Source: a virus (taxonomy: Duplodnaviria > Heunggongvirae > Uroviricota > Caudoviricetes). From it: DNA of 31,722 nt. Below the pieces are notes generated by a model that did not search any database, had not been told where the DNA came from, and saw only the letters and a list, made by a program, of their open reading frames with translations. Within the stretch, counting starts at the first letter, position 1. Each line of letters opens with the position of its first letter. The DNA lies in IMG/VR virus record IMGVR_UViG_3300011337_000467, positions 1-31,722 of that record; one strand, written 5' to 3'. Shown piece by piece: positions 7,920 to 17,670 of this stretch. Position numbers and translations under genes: made by a program.

Positions 7920-8339
7920 ATGGAAATGACTACATGGGAAAAACAAGAAGTGGTACGACTACTCAAAGGAGCACCGGGCACACAGTACCAAGAAGCAGAT
8001 GACGAAACCCGGCATATCATGCGTGACTGGGTCAGGAGTTTGTTGGACAAACAACCTATCACAGTGACATTTGTCAAGGCAGATGGTACAGATCGCACCA
8101 TGAGATGCACACTGAATTGGAGTCTGATTCCGGAAAAACTCCCACTGGCGGTTATGTCACACAGTGCTTCCATTGTAGGACGTGTGGACGGGCTAGTAAC
8201 CGAATCCGCTAAACCCCAAAAGCAACCAAAAGAACCTGATCCTGCTGTGATCAAAGTGTACGATTTGGACGCCGCAGCCTGGCGCAGTTTTCGAATGGAC
8301 CGACTGAAGAAGGTTACTGCTGAGTTGGACTTCAACTAA
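7920..8339 (+). CDS. WYL_2/SH3 beta-barrel-like protein
   Basis: VTFVKADGT.RTMRCTL ... VYDLDAAAWRSFR; GAGGAG RBS before ATG 7920. Confidence 0.75.
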   Translation: MEMTTWEKQEVVRLLKGAPGTQYQEADDETRHIMRDWVRSLLDKQPITVTFVKADGTDRTMRCTLNWSLIPEKLPLAVMSHSASIVGRVDGLVTESAKPQKQPKEPDPAVIKVYDLDAAAWRSFRMDRLKKVTAELDFN

Positions 8340-8351
8340 GTAACTGCTTAT

Positions 8352-8573
8352 ATGGCCAAACACGAAGATATTATAAACATGGAGGGCAAAGTGGAAGAAG
8401 TGCTGCCTGGCGCCATGTTTCGGGTGAAACTAACCGACATTGAAAATTTAATTTTAGCACACTTGTCCGGACGTATGCGCAAGAACAACATCAAAGTCCT
8501 GTTGGGAGATCGAGTAGAAATGGAAATCAGCCCGTATGATCTCTCCAAAGGACGTATCACTCGTCGCAAATAA
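8352..8573 (+). CDS. infA: Translation initiation factor IF-1
   Basis: [22 protein letters not shown]...[30 protein letters not shown]. Confidence 0.97.
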   Translation: MAKHEDIINMEGKVEEVLPGAMFRVKLTDIENLILAHLSGRMRKNNIKVLLGDRVEMEISPYDLSKGRITRRK

Positions 8574-8580
8574 ATACAAG

Positions 8581-9129
8581 ATGGAAATACGCGATCACAT
8601 CAATCTTGTAGAAGCAAGCACCCGTCCAGCAAAACTGGAAACCACCCCTCTCCCTTACGGCCCAAAAGATCTTGAGCCTGTAATGAGCAGAGCCACAATA
8701 GACTATCACTTTGACCATCTAGCCAAAGGCTATGCAAAGCGTTACAATGCAGGAGAAGGCAATGCGGATTTTAATCGTGCTGGCAGTTTTTTACACAATA
8801 AGTTCTTCCCTCAGCTTCGGGCTCCTAAAGCCACCAACCGCCCCCGCGGCGCAGTACTCACGCTGATTGAAGACAACTTTAAAACCTGGGAAGATTTCAA
8901 AGAACAGTTTAAAGAAACTGCAATGAAGATTCAAGGATCAGGTTGGGTATACCTGAGCACTGGTGGCTCAATCAAGACCATTGCCAATCATGCAGTACGC
9001 ACAGACATCTGCTGTTTGGTAGACTGGTGGGAGCATGCCTGGGCGTTAGATTATCAAGCAGACAAAGAAGCATATCTCAACAACATGTGGAAGATAATCA
9101 ACTGGGACGTTTGCAACGAAAGACTATAA
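8581..9129 (+). CDS. sod: Fe/Mn superoxide dismutase with N-terminal extension
   Basis: PLPY...LEP, IDYH, LHN.FF, QGSGW, DWWEHAW metal-ligand motifs. Confidence 0.92.
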   Translation: MEIRDHINLVEASTRPAKLETTPLPYGPKDLEPVMSRATIDYHFDHLAKGYAKRYNAGEGNADFNRAGSFLHNKFFPQLRAPKATNRPRGAVLTLIEDNFKTWEDFKEQFKETAMKIQGSGWVYLSTGGSIKTIANHAVRTDICCLVDWWEHAWALDYQADKEAYLNNMWKIINWDVCNERL

Positions 9130-9449
9130 TGAACTTAACTACATCAGCAACAGACAAACTCAAAGATATTCTTGCAGAAGAAAATAACCCCAACATCAAA
9201 CTGCGTGTGTTTGTGCAAGGTGGTGGATGTTCAGGATTCAGTTACGGCTTTACACTAGACGAAGTTCAGGCCGAAGATGATTTTGACTTTGCCTACGGCG
9301 ATATCAAAGTTCTTGTGGACAGCATGAGTATGCAGTACTTACAAGGTTCAGAAATTGATTATAAAGAAGACACCATGACATCCAGCTTTGTAATCAACAA
9401 TCCGCAAGCAGTATCAACCTGCGGATGTGGGTCAAGTTTCTCAGTTTAA
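9129..9449 (+). CDS. erpA: A-type Fe-S carrier (ErpA/IscA, HesB family)
   Basis: [17 protein letters not shown] ... [13 protein letters not shown]; TAATG coupling with SOD. Confidence 0.93.
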   Translation: MNLTTSATDKLKDILAEENNPNIKLRVFVQGGGCSGFSYGFTLDEVQAEDDFDFAYGDIKVLVDSMSMQYLQGSEIDYKEDTMTSSFVINNPQAVSTCGCGSSFSV

Positions 9450-10525
9450 CTGTAGAAACTCAGCGTGAATATTTTCCATTCTCCGTTTTGATAAATTTCT
9501 GGATAGTTTTCAGTGGTGTTATACACCATGTCACCATTTTGTGGCGACAAACTATTAATTTGAAGTTGTGTTAAATTAGGCAATCTAAATGCACTACTAG
9601 TACCAGTAGTGATTACGGTGTTGGCAATCACAGTGTCAACAATTAAAGTATTAGAAGTTGTTATATTTCCCGCAGCGGAAATTGTACCATTGGTGGTGAT
9701 ATTACCACTTATAATATTGCCACCTATAATATTGCCTGTGGCTGAGACAATGCCGCCAGTTGTGATATTGCCACCAGTGACATTACCAGTAGTACTAACT
9801 GCACCGCCAGCTGGGGGAATTACATTACCAATAAAATTTGCACCAATTACATTACCTGTAGCCGAAACAATACCACTTGTTAATACATTGCCACCAGTAA
9901 TATTGCCAGTAGTATTAACTGCACTGCCTGCAGGTGAGATTACGTTACCAATAAAATTTGCACCAATTACATTACCTGTAGCCGAAACAATACCACCTGT
10001 TAATACATTGCCGCCAGTGATATTGCCAGTAGTACTAACTGCACCACCAGCTGGGGGAATTACATTACCAATAAAATTTGCACCAATTACATTACCTGTA
10101 GTAGACACAGTGCCTGTAAATACTGGATTAATTTTTTGAGCTTGCACAAATGCAGTAGTAGCCAATTGAGTGTTATTGGTACCATTAACAGGTGTAGGAG
10201 CAGTAGGAGTTCCTGTAAATGCTGGACTGTTTTTTTGAGCTTGAACATAATCTTGACTGGCTATCGGAGTCCAGGTATTAGAGCTGTTATAAGCACTCAA
10301 GAGATCAGTTCCATTGTTGTACCAAAGTTGTCCGGTTATTGGAAGTAGTGGCGCTGTGGTATTACAGAAATTTTCCAGAATTACCACATAGTTTTCGTTT
10401 TCCGCAAGACCATAGCTGGTAACTCCGCGTCCTACCAAATTAACGGATGTAGCGGTGGTGTTTATTGTGCCATCAGGTACTACCGCTACAATGTTACCTC
10501 TGCTGTTATTGATTACATAACTCAT
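9446..10525 (-). CDS. Virion structural/tail-fibre-like protein with 40-aa repeats
   Basis: MSYVINN...DGTINTT...LENF...P.TGQLWY N-terminus; [12 protein letters not shown]...[10 protein letters not shown] fibre motif; GGAG RBS before ATG 10525. Confidence 0.85.
   Translation of the reverse strand: MSYVINNSRGNIVAVVPDGTINTTATSVNLVGRGVTSYGLAENENYVVILENFCNTTAPLLPITGQLWYNNGTDLLSAYNSSNTWTPIASQDYVQAQKNSPAFTGTPTAPTPVNGTNNTQLATTAFVQAQKINPVFTGTVSTTGNVIGANFIGNVIPPAGGAVSTTGNITGGNVLTGGIVSATGNVIGANFIGNVISPAGSAVNTTGNITGGNVLTSGIVSATGNVIGANFIGNVIPPAGGAVSTTGNVTGGNITTGGIVSATGNIIGGNIISGNITTNGTISAAGNITTSNTLIVDTVIANTVITTGTSSAFRLPNLTQLQINSLSPQNGDMVYNTTENYPEIYQNGEWKIFTLSFYS
9721..10100. repeat. Coding tandem repeat, 120-nt period, about 3 copies
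   Basis: Lines beginning at 9721, 9841, 9961 and 10081 align; unit [40 protein letters not shown]. Confidence 0.9.
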
Positions 10526-10544
10526 CGATTGCTCCAGTTTGATG

Positions 10545-10584
10545 TATTTAGTAGCTAAACACAAGCCAACTCATTTGGTAAATA
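10545..10584. promoter_or_regulatory. Divergent pair of T4-late-like TAAATA promoters
   Basis: TATTTA 10545-10550 (minus strand) and TAAATA 10579-10584 (plus strand) between divergent structural genes. Confidence 0.7.
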
Positions 10585-10605
10585 CAACAATAGGACCAAA
10601 ACCGT

Positions 10606-12213
10606 ATGACCCAGCAAATAATCAATGTAGGAACCGTGGCCAATGACGGGCAGGGAGATAGCCTGCGCACCGCCTTCATTAAAACAAACGACAACTTTAG
10701 CGAACTTTACAGTGATACGTTTACTATTCCTACTATTTTAAACGGCAATTCTAATGTATGTGTAAATGCCAATTCCAACATTACTTTTGCTGTGGCTGGA
10801 ATATCAAATGTGATGGTTGTAAGTTCCGCTGCGGTGTCAATCGCTGGTGATTTAACTGTGTCTGGGAATACTAATATCACTGGCAACGTTGTGGGCACTT
10901 CAATCTCCAATGGCAACACAAGCATGTCCATTCCAGCAATCGGTGGCAATGCTTCGGTATCTGTTGCAAATGTAGCTAATATAGCTGTTTGGAGCACAAC
11001 CGGACAATTTGTTTCTGGTCAAATGTCAGTGACTGGAAATATCAATGGCGCCAACTTAAATGCCGCTGGAATGATAAATGCAGGTACTTCTATTGTGGGT
11101 GCTACACTAAGCTCAACTGGCAACGTGATCACTGTGGGCATTGTTGGCACAGGTGATTTTTCGACTACAGGCAACGTTACAGCTGGAAATATTGTGGGCA
11201 CCTTGGTTACATCAAGTGTCAGCATAAGTGGTAACGTCACTGGTGGCAACATCTTAACTGGCGGACTGATATCAGCCACTGGAAATATCACAGCTGGTAA
11301 TTTAAATGCTGCTGGGCTAAGTTTGAGTTCAAATGTTGTGTCGGCAATAAATTCAACCAGCAACATCACAACCACTGCTAACATATCTGGCGGTAATATA
11401 CTTGGCACAGTAATTGGTAATTTAACTGGTGCTACAATTTCATCAAGTGGTAACATTACTGGTGGAAATCTACTAAGCGATGGATTGATTTCCAGTACTG
11501 GTGACATCACCGCAGCCAACTATTTAACTAGTGGATTGATTTCAGCCACTGGCAACATCACCGGCGGTAATATATTAGGTGGTGCTAATGTTAACGCAAC
11601 CACACATACAGGTACTACAGTTTCTGTAACTGGTACCATCACAGGTGCATCGGTAGTTGGTGGCGTAATAACTGGTAGCAGTGTTAGTGTGTCAGGTACA
11701 GTGATTGGTGGAGGAATTACCGGATCCAGTTTAACAGTGTCAACTGGTAGCATCACTGGTGGCAATATTATAAATGGCAACGGAAACGGTATTGGCAATA
11801 TTGGTAGCTCGAGTACGTATTTTAACACTGTGTTCGCTATGGCCACATCAGCACAATACGCTGACTTGGCAGAAAAATATCTTGCTGATGCTGAATACGA
11901 AATTGGTACTGTGCTTGCGGTGGGTGGCAACCTTGAAGTCACCGCTTGTGTAATAGGCGATCGTGCAATCGGTGCTGTGAGTGAAAATCCTGCGTACAAG
12001 ATGAACGATGGTCTTGCCAATGGTACGTATGTTGCACTCAAAGGACGAGTACCTGTTAAGGTGATTGGTCCTGTGCGCAAAGGACAACGACTGGTGGCGC
12101 ACAACAATGGATGTGCTGTAGCTGGCGAACCTCACACCAATGATGTTTTTGCTGTGGCACTTGAAAGCAACGATAGCATTGATGTTAAATTAATTGAAGC
12201 AGTGATTTTATAA
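10606..12213 (+). CDS. Tail fibre/baseplate-attached protein with C-terminal intramolecular chaperone (Peptidase_G2-like)
   Basis: T4 gp9/gp10-like N-terminus QQIINVGTVANDGQGDSLRTAF.K.NDNF.ELY; GNITGGN repeats; ADLAEKY...GRVPVKV.G.V.KG. Confidence 0.85.
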   Translation: MTQQIINVGTVANDGQGDSLRTAFIKTNDNFSELYSDTFTIPTILNGNSNVCVNANSNITFAVAGISNVMVVSSAAVSIAGDLTVSGNTNITGNVVGTSISNGNTSMSIPAIGGNASVSVANVANIAVWSTTGQFVSGQMSVTGNINGANLNAAGMINAGTSIVGATLSSTGNVITVGIVGTGDFSTTGNVTAGNIVGTLVTSSVSISGNVTGGNILTGGLISATGNITAGNLNAAGLSLSSNVVSAINSTSNITTTANISGGNILGTVIGNLTGATISSSGNITGGNLLSDGLISSTGDITAANYLTSGLISATGNITGGNILGGANVNATTHTGTTVSVTGTITGASVVGGVITGSSVSVSGTVIGGGITGSSLTVSTGSITGGNIINGNGNGIGNIGSSSTYFNTVFAMATSAQYADLAEKYLADAEYEIGTVLAVGGNLEVTACVIGDRAIGAVSENPAYKMNDGLANGTYVALKGRVPVKVIGPVRKGQRLVAHNNGCAVAGEPHTNDVFAVALESNDSIDVKLIEAVIL

Positions 12214-15200
12214 ATGACACAACCTGTTTGGATTACCCCTGCTGGAAGCCTTGGTGTAATACCAGTTGGCGTATTTTTCCAGATCACATTGCTAGGTGAA
12301 TTGCCCGGAGAACCAGCAGCACAAATTTATTATACTATCATAGCTGGTAAATTGCCCGACGGCATGCAATGTTCTGCCAATGGTGTAATTTCTGGAACTC
12401 CAGATGCTGTGGCCAGTTTGCAAGGTGTTCCGCTTGAAGTGGCTCGAGATACCACAAGTAAATTTACTGTGAGAATATATCCTGAGGAAGATCCGACTAA
12501 CATTCGAGATCGTACATTCACTCTCACTATTGCTGTAATACCCGAACCCACTTGGATTACCCCTGCTGGACAGATAGGATCATACTACGACAGTGATTTA
12601 GTGGATTTTCAATTTGAATTTAATGAAGTGTTCACCCCAGACACCACTGTGATCACACTGGTTGCTGGCGCACTACCCGGCGGATTGCGCTTGGGGCTGG
12701 ATGGATTGCTTACCGGTTATATACAACCTGCACAAAATTTAGATGCTGTGCCTGGATATGATATCACTTCGCAAGACGTTGATCCGTACGATTTCTTAAG
12801 TCAAAGCATTAGTAAAAATTATCAATTTACACTGCAAGTCAGTAACGGCCAGTCGTCCAACATAAGAACATTTGAAATCTTTGTGTACAGTCGCAGTCAA
12901 ATGCAGGCCAGTGATGCAGTGCTAATTGACAATACTACCTTTGTCACCGCAGACGAAACACCATATCAAGCACCATTCTTGACCAACACTATTCCAAGTA
13001 ATTTGGGAACATTTAGAAGCAGCAATTATTTTGCCTATCAATTTATAGGTGAAAACTATATAAATCAGCCTATCACTTATGCTATATCAGTAAATGAAGG
13101 TGCGGGATTTGCACCTGGATTGGTATTGGATCCCACTTCAGGTTGGTACTATGGTTATATTCCTGATCAAGGAACTACCGAAATTGAATACAGTTTTAAC
13201 GTTGTTGTGTATCAAAATGAATACATTACTCCTGCAATATTAATAACACAAACTGTGGCAGCCACAGGATACATCACAGCCAATTACATTACCAGTCAAC
13301 TGCAAGAAGGATTGCCCATCAGGTTGGTCAGTAACTTTGGTGGGCTTGCTGCTGGAACTTTGTATTATATTGACGGCATTATCAGTGAGACTGCCATTTG
13401 GAATTCCACACTTGATCAAATAGTTTCATACAACACAGTGTTCACAGTAATACAAGCCGATAGTTCGGTACCGCCATTGACCAATGCCACCGGAGCGGTA
13501 GACGCCACACTGGTCATTGAATGCACTGGCACAACCACTGGCACCAATCGCATATTATGCTCTAGCACTGCAAATCTAGGAGTGGGCCAACCATTGATAT
13601 TTACTGGCACAGCATTTGGAGGAATTACTGCGGCTGCTCAAACCATTTATTATGTGATTGAAATTGTCAGTCCTACTGAATTCAAAGTAAGTGATCATCC
13701 TTATTCAACAACATCAGTCAATACGTCAGTCACCCTGACCACTGCTTCTGGGTCAATGATTGCCAACATGATTTTGGCCAGCGCAGCGTATCCATTTTCC
13801 ATGACCATTGCTGGTGCAATAGACGCTGAAGTCACGTGGGACACTCCTGCAGACTTGGGCAGCATTGTAAATGGCTCAACAAGCATGCTCAAGGTGCAAG
13901 CAACCAATCGTGGTGGCCGCACTATGAGTTATCGTCTCAAAAGCGGCGCATATAATTCGTTGCCGCAAGGCCTGCAACTCCTATCATCCGGTGATATCGT
14001 AGGACGTGTGAGTTTTGACACATTTGCTTTGGATCTTGGTGCTACCACGTTTGATCAAAGTTTTGCTATCAACAGAAACTTGGCCAGTCTTGGTACCACA
14101 TTTGATCAGACCTTTGTGTTTACTGTTAATGCCTATGCCGAAGATACCAACCAAACCATTTACGAAGTTGCCAGCATACAAGTAAACAACGGCGGTTCAG
14201 GATATAGTAATTTAAACAAACCTACCATTGCAATAGGTTCACCAGTTGGCGCCAGTGCTGTGCCTGCTGTGGCTGGTGTTGTTTCGGTGTCAGGTGGTGC
14301 TATTACCCAGGTGCTATTGTCTGAAAATGGCAATGGTTATACTTCTGTGCCGACGGTCACAATTACACAAGGGTTTGGAGGGTCAGGGGCTAGTCTTACT
14401 GCTGTGATGGCAGCAACTGGCAGTCAAGATGTGATTAGTGTTAACAAAACTTTTACTTTGAAACTAATTCGAGAATACAATCGACCCTATCAAAATCTTT
14501 ATGTACGTGCCATGCCACCACCTGCAGATCGTGCGTTAATTCGTAATCTACTAGACAATGAAGAAATTTTTCCGCTAGACTACTTGTACCGTGCTGATGA
14601 TGTTAATTTTGGTAAAAGCACTCAAGTGACTTACGCCCATGCATTTGGACTAGCACCAGACACACTAGAACGGTATGTGTCTAGCTTGTACGAAAATCAC
14701 TATTGGAAAAATCTTATCTTGGGCGAAATAGCCACAGCACAAGCTATTGATCCTGTCAGCGGCGAAGTCGTGTATGAAGTTGTTTACAGCAAAATCATTG
14801 ACAATCTTGTGAACGCTGATGGCGAAAGTGTAAACAAGATTATAACACTACCTTATGCCATTGTTGATCCTGCAGACGGCAGCACCATAATCACTTCGGC
14901 ATATCCCAACAGCTTGATCAACATGCGAGATCAAGTGATTGACGTGGTAGGTCAAATTTCAACCAAGTTGCCGCTTTGGATGACTTCAAAACAACCCAAT
15001 GGACGGGTGTTGGGGTTTACTCCGGCTTGGGTAATAGCTTATGTGAATCCAGGGCGGGCCAAAGAAGTAGCATACTTTATTCAAACATATTTTGCTCAGC
15101 AACTCAATTCAGTTGATTTCAAAGTTGATCGTTATATTTTAGATAGACTGTTGAGCAAAAACTGGGATACAGACGCTCAACATTGGGTTCCACGTCCGCC

Positions 15201-15870
15201 CACACTGACCACATTTGATCGATTCAGCACTGGCGGCAAAGTGTTTATTGGTACTGTGGATATTTGTACCAGCTTGGCTTGGTCAGATGTTAACAATAGA
15301 TCACTTGCTTACATCAATAATTTGGGCGGGCTAGATGGTACTATAAATGATGTAGAAGGTAAAACTATAATTTTTGCCAATCAACAAGAATACAACGGTC
15401 CGCCGGGCAGTAGCTATCCCACAGCAGATGCTGGGTGGCAAAATTGGTTGGCACCATTTGGTGGGGTTACGGGCATACCTGATACGTATTTTGACACGTT
15501 AGGGCTGGATTATTCCACCACAGTGCCAGGTGATGATTTGAGCACGCTCAATGAGCGTATGGCCATATATACCATAAACATCAATCCATTGTCAGGGTGT
15601 TTGAATTTAACACTGACCACACAAACCCAAATTGATGATTATGTGCAAATTTTAGAAGGTAACTTTTATAGAAGTGCATTATTGTACTATCCTACTACGC
15701 CTGGTGAAGGACTTACAGAAATCAGCTGGTTGTTCCTGCTTGCGATTGTTACAGACGAAACTATATTTGACGAAAACAGTTTGAAATTTATCGCACCAGT
15801 GGATATGTACGATCCAACAGATACCTATGATAAATATCTAGTATTCCCCAAGAGCAATATCTTGGTCTAA
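12214..15870 (+). CDS. Large baseplate/virion structural protein with putative Ig-like repeats
   Basis: 1218 aa; repeated P.W.TPAG.LG and G.LP.GL.L...G..G.P...FT segments; GSGY..PTVTI motifs. Confidence 0.8.
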   Translation: MTQPVWITPAGSLGVIPVGVFFQITLLGELPGEPAAQIYYTIIAGKLPDGMQCSANGVISGTPDAVASLQGVPLEVARDTTSKFTVRIYPEEDPTNIRDRTFTLTIAVIPEPTWITPAGQIGSYYDSDLVDFQFEFNEVFTPDTTVITLVAGALPGGLRLGLDGLLTGYIQPAQNLDAVPGYDITSQDVDPYDFLSQSISKNYQFTLQVSNGQSSNIRTFEIFVYSRSQMQASDAVLIDNTTFVTADETPYQAPFLTNTIPSNLGTFRSSNYFAYQFIGENYINQPITYAISVNEGAGFAPGLVLDPTSGWYYGYIPDQGTTEIEYSFNVVVYQNEYITPAILITQTVAATGYITANYITSQLQEGLPIRLVSNFGGLAAGTLYYIDGIISETAIWNSTLDQIVSYNTVFTVIQADSSVPPLTNATGAVDATLVIECTGTTTGTNRILCSSTANLGVGQPLIFTGTAFGGITAAAQTIYYVIEIVSPTEFKVSDHPYSTTSVNTSVTLTTASGSMIANMILASAAYPFSMTIAGAIDAEVTWDTPADLGSIVNGSTSMLKVQATNRGGRTMSYRLKSGAYNSLPQGLQLLSSGDIVGRVSFDTFALDLGATTFDQSFAINRNLASLGTTFDQTFVFTVNAYAEDTNQTIYEVASIQVNNGGSGYSNLNKPTIAIGSPVGASAVPAVAGVVSVSGGAITQVLLSENGNGYTSVPTVTITQGFGGSGASLTAVMAATGSQDVISVNKTFTLKLIREYNRPYQNLYVRAMPPPADRALIRNLLDNEEIFPLDYLYRADDVNFGKSTQVTYAHAFGLAPDTLERYVSSLYENHYWKNLILGEIATAQAIDPVSGEVVYEVVYSKIIDNLVNADGESVNKIITLPYAIVDPADGSTIITSAYPNSLINMRDQVIDVVGQISTKLPLWMTSKQPNGRVLGFTPAWVIAYVNPGRAKEVAYFIQTYFAQQLNSVDFKVDRYILDRLLSKNWDTDAQHWVPRPPTLTTFDRFSTGGKVFIGTVDICTSLAWSDVNNRSLAYINNLGGLDGTINDVEGKTIIFANQQEYNGPPGSSYPTADAGWQNWLAPFGGVTGIPDTYFDTLGLDYSTTVPGDDLSTLNERMAIYTININPLSGCLNLTLTTQTQIDDYVQILEGNFYRSALLYYPTTPGEGLTEISWLFLLAIVTDETIFDENSLKFIAPVDMYDPTDTYDKYLVFPKSNILV

Positions 15871-15882
15871 CAAGGACAAAAA

Positions 15883-16782
15883 ATGGCAAGTAATATTAAC
15901 CCAAACAACATTGACGGATCATATCCAGTAGCTGGACAAGACAACAACAGTCAAGGTTTCCGTGACAACTTTACCAACATCAAGGTAAATTTTCAGTATG
16001 CCGAAGAAGAAATCAATGATTTAGAAACCAATTCTATTCTCAAGGCAGCTCTTACAGGATCAACGCTTGACAACAACATGGGCAACAATACCATTTATGC
16101 TGTTAACTTAAATGATATCAGTACCACACGAATTGCTGCTACAGGAACTTCAGGCACTATCACACTGAACTATGCATCTGGACAATACCAAACAGTTGCA
16201 CCCAGTACAGGTTCAATTACTCTTGCCTTTACTAACTTCCCCGCTGCTGGTTATTTTGGTAGTTTGCGTGTGGCCATTGTGGTTACAAATATCACTCACA
16301 CAGTCACACTGCCAGCCGCAGTCACACTGGGCACAACCGGGTTGCAAGGCTATTCAGGTGGCGTGATTACATTTAACACCACTGGTACATTTGTGTTTGA
16401 TTTTTCAACATCAGACGGTGGAACAACAATTACCATCAATGATGTGACTCGTGCCAACAATGTGTTGACCAATCCCTTGTTCCTCACAGTGAGTGAAGAT
16501 CTTGCTGCATCAGCAGCAGCCAGTTTGACCAAGACCACCAGTTACTTTACCACAGCAGCCGCAGAAACTGCTACTCTGGCCGCAGGCGCTGAAGGACAAA
16601 TCAAAGTGTTTTCGGCAGTTAGTATTGCATCTGGTAGCATGGTGATCACTGTGACCAATGCTGGTTGGAAATCATCCGGAACTGGTACTGCTACATTTGC
16701 CGCACTTGGTGCCAGTTGTACACTACAGTACACCAATGCCAAATGGTACTGCATTGGCAACAATGGCGTGACATTTGCTTGA
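15883..16782 (+). CDS. Virion structural protein
   Basis: MASNIN...ID..YPVAGQDN.SQGFRDNF..IK N-terminus; beta-rich Thr/Ala body; AAGGA RBS; TAAATA at 15831. Confidence 0.8.
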   Translation: MASNINPNNIDGSYPVAGQDNNSQGFRDNFTNIKVNFQYAEEEINDLETNSILKAALTGSTLDNNMGNNTIYAVNLNDISTTRIAATGTSGTITLNYASGQYQTVAPSTGSITLAFTNFPAAGYFGSLRVAIVVTNITHTVTLPAAVTLGTTGLQGYSGGVITFNTTGTFVFDFSTSDGGTTITINDVTRANNVLTNPLFLTVSEDLAASAAASLTKTTSYFTTAAAETATLAAGAEGQIKVFSAVSIASGSMVITVTNAGWKSSGTGTATFAALGASCTLQYTNAKWYCIGNNGVTFA

Positions 16783-16791
16783 TCAAAAGCA

Positions 16792-16820
16792 TTGACCAGG
16801 CGTAAAAATCCTGCTACAAT
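16792..16820 (+). promoter_or_regulatory. sigma70 promoter, probably leaderless transcript
   Basis: TTGACC-17bp-TACAAT with TG; ATG at 16826. Confidence 0.75.
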
Positions 16821-16825
16821 GCACT

Positions 16826-17056
16826 ATGGAACATCCACTCATTGGCGATCTCAGCAACCTAACCATAGATGCGTTAGGCGAAAAGATTGCCGATCTTAAT
16901 CGAAAACTATCAATGGCCATGCGCACCGGAAACGGGCACTTGTGCAATCAAATACGCATGGCTATCGAAAGCCATAATGTCAAGTATCAAGAAAAATTAC
17001 AAGAATCATACAAGAAATCCGACGCAAACTTTGACAACAAAATCGACATCCAATGA
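16826..17056 (+). CDS. Hypothetical helical protein
   Basis: 76-aa ORF, ATGA-coupled to the next gene. Confidence 0.75.
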   Translation: MEHPLIGDLSNLTIDALGEKIADLNRKLSMAMRTGNGHLCNQIRMAIESHNVKYQEKLQESYKKSDANFDNKIDIQ

Positions 17057-17670
17057 ATGTAAGACTACAATACGATTTAGAATTCCTAGCAGGCATCTAC
17101 TACGAAGATCAGTTGCAATTTAACAGTTATTCAATCAGTGTGAGTTTGTTAACTCAAACTGCGGATGCTGCCAGCAGTAATATTGCACTAGAAAGACTCA
17201 AATGCTTTGTGTATCACGACTTGGCCAATACTGTGTTCTTTGGTCCGTCGGATCATGACAAAGCAGAAATGTTTCAAATGCTAGGCACTAATGTTACCAC
17301 ATTGCCCGAAGCACCGGTTGACCAGATTGTTGGCATGATGTTATACTGCAAACTCAATGCTATCATGGAAGGTCGAATGACTGTGACCAGTTTGGATATC
17401 TCTAGTGTGTTGGGTGATTCTGTTTGGTACTCGCATGACGACGAAGACAATCTTGGTGTGTTTGCACACTGGCCAGTGGCAGAAGATGCTTGGTGGTACA
17501 ATCCTTCTGTTCAACACCATACTTTGGAAACAGAATCAACTCCCGACAACGTGGTCAAAGTCACACCAAATGTCTGGCACGAATATGGCCTCATGTGGCC
17601 AGAAGATCGCATTGAACCTACTGGCAATACTGTAATCTATCCCAACTTTCGCAAGCATGAAGCAAAATAA
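17053..17670 (+). CDS. Conserved hypothetical protein (possible degenerate T-fold)
   Basis: 205-aa ORF overlapping the DnaE-fragment gene. Confidence 0.75.
   Translation: MNVRLQYDLEFLAGIYYEDQLQFNSYSISVSLLTQTADAASSNIALERLKCFVYHDLANTVFFGPSDHDKAEMFQMLGTNVTTLPEAPVDQIVGMMLYCKLNAIMEGRMTVTSLDISSVLGDSVWYSHDDEDNLGVFAHWPVAEDAWWYNPSVQHHTLETESTPDNVVKVTPNVWHEYGLMWPEDRIEPTGNTVIYPNFRKHEAK

Noticed and set aside
9609-12135. Long antisense ORFs (9609-10139, 10707-10997, 11019-11519, 11520-12107, also 28989-29387 and 31155-31715)
   Set aside because: Shadow frames of Gly/Asn/Thr-rich repetitive genes on the opposite strand; no RBS and no recognisable protein features.
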